Below, piece after piece: positions 12,001 through 24,000 of a stretch of 64,000 bases of DNA. Made by a program: the position numbers and the translations under genes. How positions within the stretch are numbered: the first letter of the stretch is position 1; each line of letters begins with the position of its first letter. This DNA comes from Eledone cirrhosa (taxonomy: Eukaryota): positions 5,952,001 to 6,016,000 of the forward strand of contig OZ024745.1 in assembly GCA_964016885.1 (NCBI GenBank). The letters run 5' to 3'. Under the pieces are notes generated by a model. That model ran no database searches. It had not been told where the DNA came from and saw only the letters and a program-made list of their open reading frames with translations.

Positions 12001-15000
12001 GTTGTGGGTTTGATTCCTGGGTTGGGGTGGTGGGTAGTCTAGTGTCCTGGGTTTGATTCCTGGGTTGGGGTGGTGGGTGGTCTAGTTTCGTGGGTTTGAT
12101 TCCTGGGTTGGGGTGGTGGGTGGTCTAGTTTGGTGGGTTTGATTCCTGGTTTGAGGTGGTGGGTGGTCTAGTGTCGTGGGTTTGATTCCTGGGTTGGGGT
12201 GGTGGGTGGTCTAGTTTTGTGGGTTTGATTACTGGGTTGAGGTGGTGGGTAGTCTAGTGTCCTGGGTTTGATTCCTGGGTTGGGGTGGTGGGTGGTCTAG
12301 TTTCGTGGGTTTGATTCCTGGGTTGGGGTGGTGGGTGGTCTAGTGTGGTGGGTTTGATTCCTGGTTTGAGGTGGTGGGTGGTCTAGTGTTGTGGGTTTGA
12401 TTACTGGGTTGGGGTGGTGGGTGGTCTAGTGTCGTGGGTTTGATTACTGGGTTGGGGTGGTGGGTGGTCTAGTGTCGTGGGTTTGATTCCTAGGTTGGGG
12501 TGGTGGGTGGTCTAGTGTCGTGGGTTTGATTCCTGGGTTGGTGTGGTGGGTGGTCTAGTGTCGTGGGTTTGATTCGTGGTTTGAGGTGGTGGGTGGTCTA
12601 GTGTCGTGTGTTTGATTCCTGGGTTGGGGTGGTGGGTGGTCTAGTGTCGTGGGTTTGATTCCTGGGTTGGGGTGGTGGGTGTTCTAGTGTCGTGGGGTTG
12701 ATTCCTGGTTTGAGGTGGTGGGTGGTCTAGTGTCGTGGGGTTGATTCCTGGATTGAGGTGGCGGGTGAACTAGTGTCGTGGGTTTGATTCCTGGCTTGGG
12801 GTGGTGGGTGGTCTAGTGTCGTGGGTTTGATTTCTGGGTTGGGGTGGTGGGTGGTCCAGTGTCGTGGTGTTGATTACTGGTTTGAGGTGGTGGGTGGTCT
12901 AGTGTCGTGGGGTTGATTCCTGGGTTGGGGTGGTGGGTGGTCTAGTGTCGTGGATGGTCTAGTGTCGTGGGGTTGATTCATGGGTTGGGGTGGTGGGTGG
13001 TCTAGTGTCGTGGGTTTGATTCCTTGTTTTAGGTGGTGGGTGGTCTAGTGTCGTGTGTGGTCTAGTGTCGTAGTATTGATTCCTGGGTTGGGGTGGTGGG
13101 TGGTCTAGTGTCGTGGGGTTGATTCATGGGTTGGGGTTGTGGGTAGTCTATTGTCGTGGGTTTGATTCCCGGGTTGGGGTGGTGGGTGGTCTAGTGTCGT
13201 GGGTTTGATTCCTGGGTTGCGGTGGTGGGTGGTCTAGTGTCGTGGGATTGATTCCTGGGTTGTGGTGGTGGGTGGTATAGTGTCGTGGTATTGATTCCTG
13301 GGTTGGGGGTGGGTTTTCTAGTGTCGTGGGTTTGATTCCTGGGTTGGGGTGGTGGGTGGTCTAGTGTCGTGGGTTTGATTCCTGGGTTGAGGTGGTGGGT
13401 GGTCTATTGTCGTGGGTATGATTCCTGGGTTGGGGTGGTGGGTAGTCTAGTGTCGTGGTTTCATTCCCGGGTTGGGGTGGTGGGTGGTCTAGTTTCGTGG
13501 GATTGATTCCTGGTTTAAGGTGGTGGGTGGTCTAGTGTCGTGGGTTTGATTCCTGGGTTAGGGGGTGGGTGTTCTAGTGTCGTGGGTTTGAATCCTGGTC
13601 TGAGGTGGTGGGTTGTCGAGTGTCGTGGGTTTGATTCCTGAGTTGGGGGCTGGGTGTTCTAGTGTCGTGGGTTTGATTCCTGGTCTGAGGTGGTGGGTTG
13701 TCTAGGGTCGTGGGTTTGATTCCTGAGTTGGGTGGTGGTTGTTCTAGTGTCGTGGGTTTGATTCCTGGTCTGAAGTGGTGGGTTGTCTAGTGTCGTGGGT
13801 TTGATTCCTGGGTTGGGGTGGTGGGTGGTCTATTGTCGTGGATTTGATTCCTGGGTTGAGGTGGTGGGTGATCTATTGTCGTGGGTTTGATTCCTGGGTT
13901 GGGGTGGTGGGTAGTCTAGTGTCGTGGGTTTGATTCCGGGGTTGGGGTGGTGGGTGGTCTAATGTCGTGGGATTGATTCCTGGGTTGCGGTGGTGGGTAG
14001 TCTAGTGTCGTGGGTTTGATTCCCGGGTTGGGGTGGTGGCTAGTCTAGTGTCGTGGTTTTGATTCCCGGGTTTGTATGGTGGGTTGTCTAGTGTCGTGGG
14101 TTTGACTCCTGGGTTGAGGTGGTGGATGGTCTAGTGTCGTGGGTTTGATTCCTGGGTTGGGGTGGTGGATGGTCTAGTGTCGTGGGTTTGATTCTTGGGT
14201 TGGGGTGGTGGGTAGTCTAGTGTCGTGGGTTTGATTCCTGGGTTGGGGTGTTGGGTGGTCTAGTGCCGTGGGTTTGATTCCTGGGTTGGGGTGTTGGGTG
14301 GTCTAGTGCCGTGGGTTTGATTCTTGGGTTGAGGTGGTGGATGGTCTAGTGTCGTGGGTTTGATTCCTGGTTTGAGGTGGTGGATGGTCTAGTGTCGTGG
14401 GTTTGATTCCTGGTTTGAGGTGGTGGATGGTCTAGTGTCGTGGGTTTGATTCCTGGGTTGGGGTGGTGGGTAGTCTAGTGTCGTGGGTTTGATTCCTGGG
14501 TTGGGGTGTTGGGTGGTCTAGTGCCGTGGGTTTGATTCCTGGGTTGAGGTGGTGGATGGTCTAGTGTCGTGGGTTTGATTCCTGGTTTGAGGTGGTGGGT
14601 TGTCTAGTGTCGTGGGTTTGACTCCTGGGTTGGGGTGGTGAGTAGTCTAGAGTCGTGGGTGTGATTCCCGGGTTTATGTGGTGGGTGGTCTAGTGTCGTG
14701 GGTTTGATTCCCGGGTTTGGTGGTGGGTGGTCTAGAGTCGTGGGTTTGATTCCCGGGTTTATGTAGTGGGTGGTCTGGTGTCGTGGGTTTGATTCCCGGG
14801 TTTGGTGGTGGGTGGTCTAGTGTCGTGGGTTTGATTCCTGGATGGAGGTGGTCGGTGGTCTAGTGTCGTGGGTTTAATTTCTGGGGTGGGGTGGTGGGTG
14901 GTCTAGTGTCGTGGGTTTGATTCCTGGGTTTAGGTGGTGGGTGGTCTATTGTCGTGGGTTTGATTCCTGGGTAATGGTGGTGGGTAGTCTAGTGTCGTGG

Positions 15001-18000
15001 GTTTGATTCCCGGGTTGGTGTGGTGGGTGGTCTAGTGTCGTGGGATTGATTCTTAGGATGCGGTGGTGGTTGTTTTAGTGTCGTGGGTTTGATTCCTGGG
15101 TTGGGGGTGGGGGGGGGGGTTATCTAGTGCCGTGGGTTTGATTCCTGGGTTGGGGTGCTGGGTGGTCTAGTGTCGTGGGTTTGATTCCTGGGTTGAAGTG
15201 GTGGGTGGTCTATTGTCGTGGGTTTGATTCCTGGGTTGGGGTGGTGGGTGGTCTAGTGTCGTGGGTTTGATTCCTGGGTTGAGGTGGTGGGTGGTCTGTT
15301 GTCGTGGGTTTGATTCCTGGGTTGGGGTGGTGGGTAGTCTAGTTTCGTGGGTTTGATTCCCGGGTTGGGGTGGTGGGTGGTCTAGTGTCGTGGGATTTAT
15401 TCCTGGGTTGCGGTGGTGGGTGGTGGGTGGTCTAGTGTCGTGGGTTTGATTCCTGGGTTGGGGTGGTGGGTAGTCTAGTGTCGTGGGTTTGATTCCCGGG
15501 TTGGGGTGGTGGGTGGTCTAATGTCGTGGGATTGATTCCTGGGTTGCGGTGGTGAGTAGTCTAGTGTCGTGGGTTTGATTCCCGGGTTGGGGTGGTGGGT
15601 GGTCTAGCGTCGTGGGATTGATTCCTGGTTTGAGGTGGTGGGTGGTCTAGTGTTGTGGGTTTGATTACTGGGTTGGGGTGGTGGGTGGTCTAGTGTCGTG
15701 GGTTTGATTACTGGGTTGGGGTGGTGGGTGGTCTAGTGTCGTGGGTTTGATTCCTGGGTTGGGGTGGTGGGTGGTCTAGTGTCGTGGGTTTGATTCCTGG
15801 GTTGGTGTGGTGGGTGGTCTAGTGTCGTGGGTTTGATTCGTGGTTTGAGGTGGTGGGTGGTCTAGTGTCGTGTGTTTGATTCCTGGGTTGGGGTGGTGGG
15901 TGGTCTAGTGTCGTGGGTTTGATTCCTGGGTTGGGGTGGTGGGTGTTCTAGTGTCGTGAGGTTGATTCCTGGTTTGAGGTGGTGGGTGGTCTAGTGTCGT
16001 GGGGTTGATTCCTGGATTGAGGTGGTGGGTGAACTAGTGTCGTGGGTTTGATTCCTGGCTTGGGGTGGTGGGTGGTCTAGTGTCGTGGGTTTGATTTCTG
16101 GGTTGGGGTGGTGGGTGGTCCAGTGTCGTGGTGTTGATTACTGGTTTGAGGTGGTGGGTGGTCTAGTGTCGTGGGGTTGATTCCTGGGTTGGGGTGGTGG
16201 GTAGTCTAGTGTCGTGGATGGTCTAGTGTCGTGGGGTTGATTCATGGGTTGGGGTGGTGGGTGGTCTAGTGTCGTGGGTTTGATTCCTTGTTTTAGGTGG
16301 TGGGTGGTCTAGTGTCGTGGGTGGTCTAGTGTCGTAGTATTGATTCCTGGGTTGGGGTGGTGGGTGGTCTAGTGTCGTGGGGTTGATTCATGGGTTGGGG
16401 TTGTGGGTAGTCTATTGTCGTGGGTTTGATTCCCGGGTTGGGGTGGTGGGTGGTCTAGTGTCGTGGGATTGATTCCTGGTTTGAGGTGGTGGGTTGTCTA
16501 GTGTCGTGGGTTTGATTCCTGGGTTGCGGTGGTGGGTGGTCTAGTGTCGTGGGATTGATTCCTGGGTTGTGGTGGTGGGTGGTATAGTGTCGTGGGATTG
16601 ATTCCTGGGTTGGGGGTGGGTTTTCTAGTGTCGTGGGTTTGATTCCTGGGTTGGGGTGGTGGGTGGTCTAGTGTCGTGGGTTTGATTCCTGGGTTGAGGT
16701 GGTGGGTGGTCTATTGTCGTGGGTATGATTCCTGGGTTGGGGTGGTGGGTAGTCTAGTGTCGTGGTTTCATTCCCGGGTTGGGGTGGTGGGTGGTCTAGT
16801 TTCGTGGGATTGATTCCTGGTTTAAGGTGGTGGGTGGTCTAGTGTCGTGGGTTTGATTCCTGGGTTAGGGGGTGGGTGTTCTAGTGTCGTGGGTTTGAAT
16901 CCTGGTCTGAGGTGGTGGGTTGTCGAGTGTCGTGGGTTTGATTCCTGAGTTGGGGGCTGGGTGTTCTAGTGTCGTGGGTTTGATTCCTGGTCTGAGGTGG
17001 TGGGTTGTCTAGGGTCGTGGGTTTGATTCCTGAGTTGGGTGGTGGTTGTTCTAGTGTCGTGGGTTTGATTCCTGGTCTGAAGTGGTGGGTTGTCTAGTGT
17101 CGTGGGTTTGATTCCTGGGTTGGGGTGGTGGGTGGTCTATTGTCGTGGATTTGATTCCTGGGTTGAGGTGGTGGGTGATCTATTGTCGTGGGTTTGATTC
17201 CTGGGTTGGGGTGGTGGGTAGTCTAGTGTCGTGGGTTTGATTCCGGGGTTGGGGTGGTGGGTGGTCTAATGTCGTGGGATTGATTCCTGGGTTGCGGTGG
17301 TGGGTAGTCTAGTGTCGTGGGTTTGATTCCCGGGTTGGGGTGGTGGCTAGTCTAGTGTCGTGGGTTTGATTCCCGGGTTTGTATGGTGGGTTGTCTAGTG
17401 TCGTGGGTTTGACTCCTGGGTTGAGGTGGTGGATGGTCTAGTGTCGTGGGTTTGATTCCTGGGTTGGGGTGGTGGATGGTCTAGTGTCGTGGGTTTGATT
17501 CTTGGGTTGGGGTGGTGGGTAGTCTAGTGTCGTGGGTTTGATTCCTGGGTTGGGGTGTTGGGTGGTCTAGTGCCGTGGGTTTGATTCCTGGGTTGGGGTG
17601 TTGGGTGGTCTAGTGCCGTGGGTTTGATTCCTGGGTTGAGGTGGTGGATGGTCTAGTGTCGTGGGTTTGATTCCTGGTTTGAGGTGGTGGATGGTCTAGT
17701 GTCGTGGGTTTGATTCCTGGTTTGAGGTGGTGGATGGTCTAGTGTCGTGGGTTTGATTCCTGGGTTGGGGTGGTGGGTAGTCTAGTGTCGTGGGTTTGAT
17801 TCCTGGGTTGGGGTGTTGGGTGGTCTAGTGCCGTGGGTTTGATTCCTGGGTTGAGGTGGTGGATGGTCTAGTGTCGTGGGTTTGATTCCTGGTTTGAGGT
17901 GGTGGGTTGTCTAGTGTCGTGGGTTTGACTCCTGGGTTGGGGTGGTGAGTAGTCTAGAGTCGTGGGTGTGATTCCCGGGTTTATGTGGTGGGTGGTCTAG

Positions 18001-21000
18001 TGTCGTGGGTTTGATTCCCGGGTTTGGTGGTGGGTGGTCTAGAGTCGTGGGTTTGATTCCCGGGTTTATGTAGTGGGTGGTCTGGTGTCGTGGGTTTGAT
18101 TCCCGGGTTTGGTGGTGGGTGGTCTAGTGTCGTGGGTTTGATTCCTGGATGGAGGTGGTCGGTGGTCTAGTGTCGTGGGTTTAATTTCTGGGGTGGGGTG
18201 GTGGGTGGTCTAGTGTCGTGGGTTTGATTCCTGGGTTTAGGTGGTGGGTGGTCTATTGTCGTGGGTTTGATTCCTGGGTAATGGTGGTGGGTAGTCTAGT
18301 GTCGTGGGTTTGATTCCCGGGTTGGTGTGGTGGGTGGTCTAGTGTCGTGGGATTGATTCTTAGGATGCGGTGGTGGTTGTTTTAGTGTCGTGGGTTTGAT
18401 TCCTGGGTTGGGGGTGGGGGGGGGGGGTTATCTAGTGCCGTGGGTTTGATTCCTGGGTTGGGGTGCTGGGTGGTCTAGTGTCGTGGGTTTGATTCCTGGG
18501 TTGAAGTGGTGGGTGGTCTATTGTCGTGGGTTTGATTCCTGGGTTGGGGTGGTGGGTGGTCTAGTGTCGTGGGTTTGATTCCTGGGTTGAGGTGGTGGGT
18601 GGTCTGTTGTCGTGGGTTTGATTCCTGGGTTGGGGTGGTGGGTAGTCTAGTTTCGTGGGTTTGATTCCCGGGTTGGGGTGGTGGGTGGTCTAGTGTCGTG
18701 GGATTTATTCCTGGGTTGCGGTGGTGGGTGGTGGGTGGTCTAGTGTCGTGGGTTTGATTCCTGGGTTGGGGTGGTGGGTAGTCTAGTGTCGTGGGTTTGA
18801 TTCCCGGGTTGGGGTGCTGGGTGGTCTAATGTCGTGGGATTGATTCCTGGGTTGCGGTGGTGAGTAGTCTAGTGTCGTGGGTTTGATTCCCGGGTTGGGG
18901 TGGTGGGTGGTCTAGTGTCGTGGGATTGATTCCTGGTTTGAGGTGGTGGGTGGTCTAGTGTCGTGGGATTGATTCCTGGGTTGGGGATGGGTGATCTAGT
19001 GTCGTGGGTTTGATTCCTGGTTTGAGGTGGTGGGTTGTCTAGTGTCGTGGGTTTGATTCCTGGGTTGAAGTGGTGGGTGGTCTATTGTCGTGGGTTTGAT
19101 TCCTGGGTTGGGGTGGTGGGTGGTCTAGTGTCGTGGGTTTGATTCCTGGGTTGAGGTGGTGGGTGGTCTATTGTCGTGGGTTTGATTCCTGGGTTGGGGT
19201 GGTGGGTAGTCTAGTTTCGTGGGTTTGATTCCCGGGTTGGGGTGGTGGGTGGTCTAGTGTCGTGGGATTTATTCCTGGGTTGCGGTGGTGGGTGGTCTAG
19301 TGTCGTGGGTTTGATTCCTGGGTTGGGGTGGTGGGTAGTCTAGTGTCGTGGGTTTGATTCCCGGGTTGGGGTGGTGGGTGGTCTAATGTCGTGGGATTGA
19401 TTCCTGGGTTGCGGTGGTGAGTAGTCTAGTGTCGTGGGTTTGATTCCCGGGTTGGGGTGGTGGGTGGTCTAGTGTCGTGGGATTGATTCCTGGTTTGAGG
19501 TGGTGGGTGGTCTAGTGTCGTGGGATTGATTCCTGGGTTGGGGATGGGTGATCTAGTGTCGTGGGTTTGATTCCTGGTTTGAGGTGGTGGGTTGTCTAGT
19601 GTCGTGGGTTTGATTTCTGGGTTGGGGTGGTGGGTGGTCTAGTGTCGTGGGTTTGATTCCTGGGTTGAGGTGGTGGGTGGTCTATTGTCGTGGGTCTGAT
19701 TCCTGGGTTGGGGTGGTGGCTAGTCTAGTGTCGTGGGATTGATTCCTGGTTTGAGGTGGTGGGTTGTCTAGTGTCGTGGGTTTGATTCCTGGGTTGGGGG
19801 TGGGTCTTCTACTGTCGTGGGTTTGATTCCTGGTTTGAGGTGGTGGGTTGTCTAGTGTCGTGGGTTTGATTCCTGGGTTGGGGTGGTGGGTGGTCTAGTG
19901 TCGTGGGTTTGATTCCTGGGTTGAGGTGGTGGGTGGTCTAGTGTCGTGGGTCTGATTCCTGGGTTGGGGTGGTGGGTAGTCTAGTGTCGTGTTTTTGATT
20001 CCTGGGTTGCGGTGGTGGGTTGTCTAGTGTCGTGGGTTTGATTTCCAGGTTGGGGTGGTGGGTGGTCTAGTGTCGTGGGATTGATTCTTGGTTTGAGGTG
20101 GTGGGTTGTCTAGTGTCGTGGGTTTGATTCCTGGGTTGAGGTGGTGGATGGTCTATTGTCGTGGGTTTGATTCCTGGGTTGGGGTGGTGAGTAGTCTAGT
20201 GTCGTGGGTGTGATTCCCGGGTTTATGTGGTGGGTGGTCTAGTGTCGTGGGTTTGATTCCCGGGTTTGGTGGTGGGTGGTCTAGAGTCGTGGGTTTGATT
20301 CCCGGGTTTATGTAGTGGGTGGTCTGGTGTCGTGGGTTTGATTCCCGGGTTTGGTGGTGCGTGGTCTAGTGTCGTGGGTTTGATTCCTGGATGGAGGTGG
20401 TGGGTGGTCTAGTGTCGTGGGTTTGATTTCTGGGGTGGGGTGGTGGGTGGTCTAGTGTCGTGGGTTTGATTCCTGGGTTTAGGTGGTGGGTGGTCTATTG
20501 TCGTGGGTTTGATTCCTGGGTAATGGTGGTGGGTAGTCTATTGTCGTGGGTTTGATTCCTGGGTTGGGGGGGGGTGATCTAGTGCCGTGGGTTTCATTCC
20601 TGGGTTGGGGTGCTGGGTGGTCTAGTGTCGTGGGTTTGATTCCTGGGTTGAAGTGGTGGGTGGTCTATTGTCGTGGGTTTGATTCCTGGGTTGGGGTGTT
20701 GGGTGGTCTAGTGTCGTGGGTTTGATTCCTGGGTTGAGGTGGTGGGTGGTCTATTGTCGTGGGTTTGATTCCTGGGTTGGTGTGGTGGGTAGTCTAGTTT
20801 CGTGGGTTTGATTCCCGGGTTGGGGTGGTGGGTGGTCTAGTGTCGTGGGATTTATTCCTGGGTTGCGGTGGTGGGTGGTCTAGTGTCGTGGGTTTGATTC
20901 ATGGGTTGTGGTGGTGGGTGGTCTAGTGTTGTGGGTTTGTTTCCTTGGTTGAGTGGTGGGTGGTCTATTGTCGTGGGTTTGATTCCTGGGTTGGGGTGGT

Positions 21001-24000
21001 GGGTAGTCTAGTGTCGTGGGTTTGATTCCCGGGTTGAGGTGGTGGGTCGTCTAGTGTCGTGGGATTGATTCCTGGTTTGAGGTGGTGGGTTGTCTAGTGT
21101 CGTGGGTTTGATTCCTGGGTTGGGGGGTGGGTGATCTAGTGTCGTCCGTTTGATTCCTGGTTTGAGGTGGTGGGTTGTCTAGTGTCGTGGGTTTGATTCC
21201 TTTGTTGGGGTGGTGGGTGGTCTAGTGTCGTGGGTTTGATTCCTGGTTTGAGGTGGTGGGTGGTCTAGTGTCGTGGGTTTGATTCCTTTGTTGGGGTGGT
21301 GGGTGGTCTAGTGTCGTGGGTTTGATTTCTGGTTTGAGGTGGTGGGTTGTCTAGTGTCGTGGGTTTGATTCCTTTGTTGGGGTGGTGGGTGGTCTAGTGT
21401 CGTGGGTTTGATTCCTGGTTTGAGGTGGTGGGTGGTCTAGTGTCGTGGGTTTGATTCCTGGGTTGAGGTGGTAGGTTGTCTATTGTCGTGGGTTTGATTC
21501 CCGGGTTGGGGTGGTGGGTGGTCTAGTGTCGTGGGATTGATTCCTGGGTTGCGGTGGTGGGTGGTCTAGTGTCGTGGGTTTGATTCCTGGGTTGGGGTGG
21601 TGGGTGGTCTAGTCTCGTGGGTGGTCTAGTGTCGTGGGTTTGATTCCTGGGTTGGGGTGGTGGGTGGTCTAGTCTCGTGGGTGGTCTAGTGTCGTGGGTT
21701 TGATTCCCGGGTTGGGGTGGTGGGTGGTCTAGTGTCGTGGGATTGATTCCTGGTTTGAGGTGGTGGGTTGTCTAGTGTCGTGGGTTTGATTCCTGGGTTG
21801 GGGTGGTGGGTGGTCTAGTTTCGTGGGTTTGATTCATGGGTTGAGGTGGTGGGTGGTCTATTGTCGTGGGTATGATTCCTGGGTTGGGGTGGTGGGTGGT
21901 CTAGTGTCCTGGGATTGATTCCTGGTTTGAGGTGGTGGGTTTTCTAGTGTCGTGGGTTTGATTCCTGGGTAGGGTGGTGGGTAGTCTAGTGTCGTGGGTT
22001 TGATTCCCGGGTTGGGGTGGTGGGTGGTCTAGTGTCGTGGGTTTGATTCCCGGGTTGAGGTGGTGGGTGGTCTAGTGTCGTGGGATTGATTCCTGGTTTG
22101 AGGTGGTGGGTGGTCTAGTGTCGTGGGATTGATTCCTGGTTTGAGGTGGTGGGTTTTCTAGTGTCGTGGGTTTGATTCCTGGGTTGGGGTGGTGGGTGGT
22201 CTAGTTTCGTGGGTTTGATTCCTGGTTTGAGGTGGTGGGTTGTCTAGTGTCGTGGATTTGATTCCCGGGTTGGGGTGGTGGGTGGTCTAGTGTCGTGGGT
22301 TTGATTCCCGGGTTGGGGTGGTGGGTGGTCTAGTGTCGTGGGATTGATTCATGGGTTGAGGTGGTGGGTGGTCTATTGTCGTGGGTATGATTCCTGGTTT
22401 GAGGTGGTGGGTGGTCTAGTGTCGTGGGATTGATTCCTGGTTTGAGGTGGTGGGTTTTCTAGTGTCGTGGGTTTGATACCTGGGTTGGGGTGGTGGGTGG
22501 TCTAGTTTCGTGGGTTTGATTCCTGGTTTGAGGTGGTGGGTTGTCTAGTGTCGTGGGTTTGATTCCCGGGTTGGGGTGGTGGGTGGTCTAGTTTCGTGGG
22601 TTTGATTTCTGGTTTGAGGTGGTGGGTGGTCTAGTGTCGTGGGTTTGATTCCTGGTCTGAGGTGGTGGGTTGTCTAGTGTCGTGGGTTTTATTCCCGGGT
22701 TGGGGCGGTGGGTGGTCTAGTGCGTGGGATTGATTCCTGATTTGAGGTGGTGGGTTGTCTAGTGTCGTGGGATTGATTCCTGGGTTGGGGGTGGGTGATC
22801 TAGTGTCGTGGGTTTGATTCCTGGTTTGAGGTGGTGGGTTGTCTAGTGTCGTGGGTTTGATTTCTGGGTTGGGGTGGTGGGTGGTCTAGTGTCGTGGGTT
22901 TGATTCCTGGGTTGAGCTGGTGGGTGGTCTATTGTCGTGGGTTTGATTCCTGGGTTGGGGTGGTGGCTAGTCTAGTGTCGTGGATTTGATTCCCGGGTTT
23001 GTGTGGTGGGTGGTCTAGTGTCGTGGGTTTGATTCCCGGGTTGGGTGGTGGGTGGTCTAGTGTCGTGGGTTTGATTCCTGGGTTGAGGTGGTGGGTGGTC
23101 TAGTGTCGTGGGTTTGATTCCTGGGTTGGTGTGGTGGGTGATCTAGTGTCGTGGGTTTGACTCCCGGGTTAGTGTGGTGGGTGGTCTAGTGTCGGGGGAT
23201 TGATTCCTGGGTTGCGGTGGTGGGTTATCTAGTGTCGTGGGTTTGATTGATGGGTTATGGTGGTGGGTGGTCTAGTGTCGTGGGTTTGTTTGCTGGGTAG
23301 GGTTGGTGGGTGATCTAGTGTCGTGGGTTTGATTCCTGGGTTGGGGTGGTGGGTGGTCTAGTGTCGTTCGTTTGATTCCTGGTTTGAGGTGGTGGGTGAT
23401 CTAATGTCGTGGGTTTGATTCCTGGTTTGGGGTAGTGGGTGGTCTAGTGTCGTGGGTTTGATTCCTGGGTTGAGTGGTGGATGGTCTATTGTCGTGGGTT
23501 TGAGTCCTGGGTTGGGGTGGTGGGTAGTCTAGTGTCGTGGGTTTGATTCCCGTGTTGGGGTGGTGGGTGGTCTAGTGTCGTGGGATTGATTCCTGGTTTG
23601 AGGTGGTGGGTTGTCTAGTGTCGTGGGTTTGATTACTGGGTTGGGGGTGGGTGATCTAGTGTCGTGGGTTTGATTCCTGGTTTGAGGTGATGGGTTGTCT
23701 AGTGTCGTGGGTTTGATTCCTGGGTTGGGGTGGTGGGTGGCCTAGTGTCGTGGGTTTGATTCCTGGGTTGGGGTGGTGGGTACTCTAGTGTCGTGGCTTT
23801 GATTCCCGGGTTTATGTGGTGGGTGGTCTAGTGTCGTGGGTTTGATCCCGGCTTTGGTGGTGGGTGGTCTAGTGTCGTGGGTTTGTTCATGGGTTGAGGT
23901 GGTGGGTGGTCTGTTATCGTGGGTTTGATTTCTGAGGTGGGGTGGTGGGTGGTCTAGTGTCGTGGGTTTGATTTCTGGGTTAAGGTAGTGGGTGGTCTAT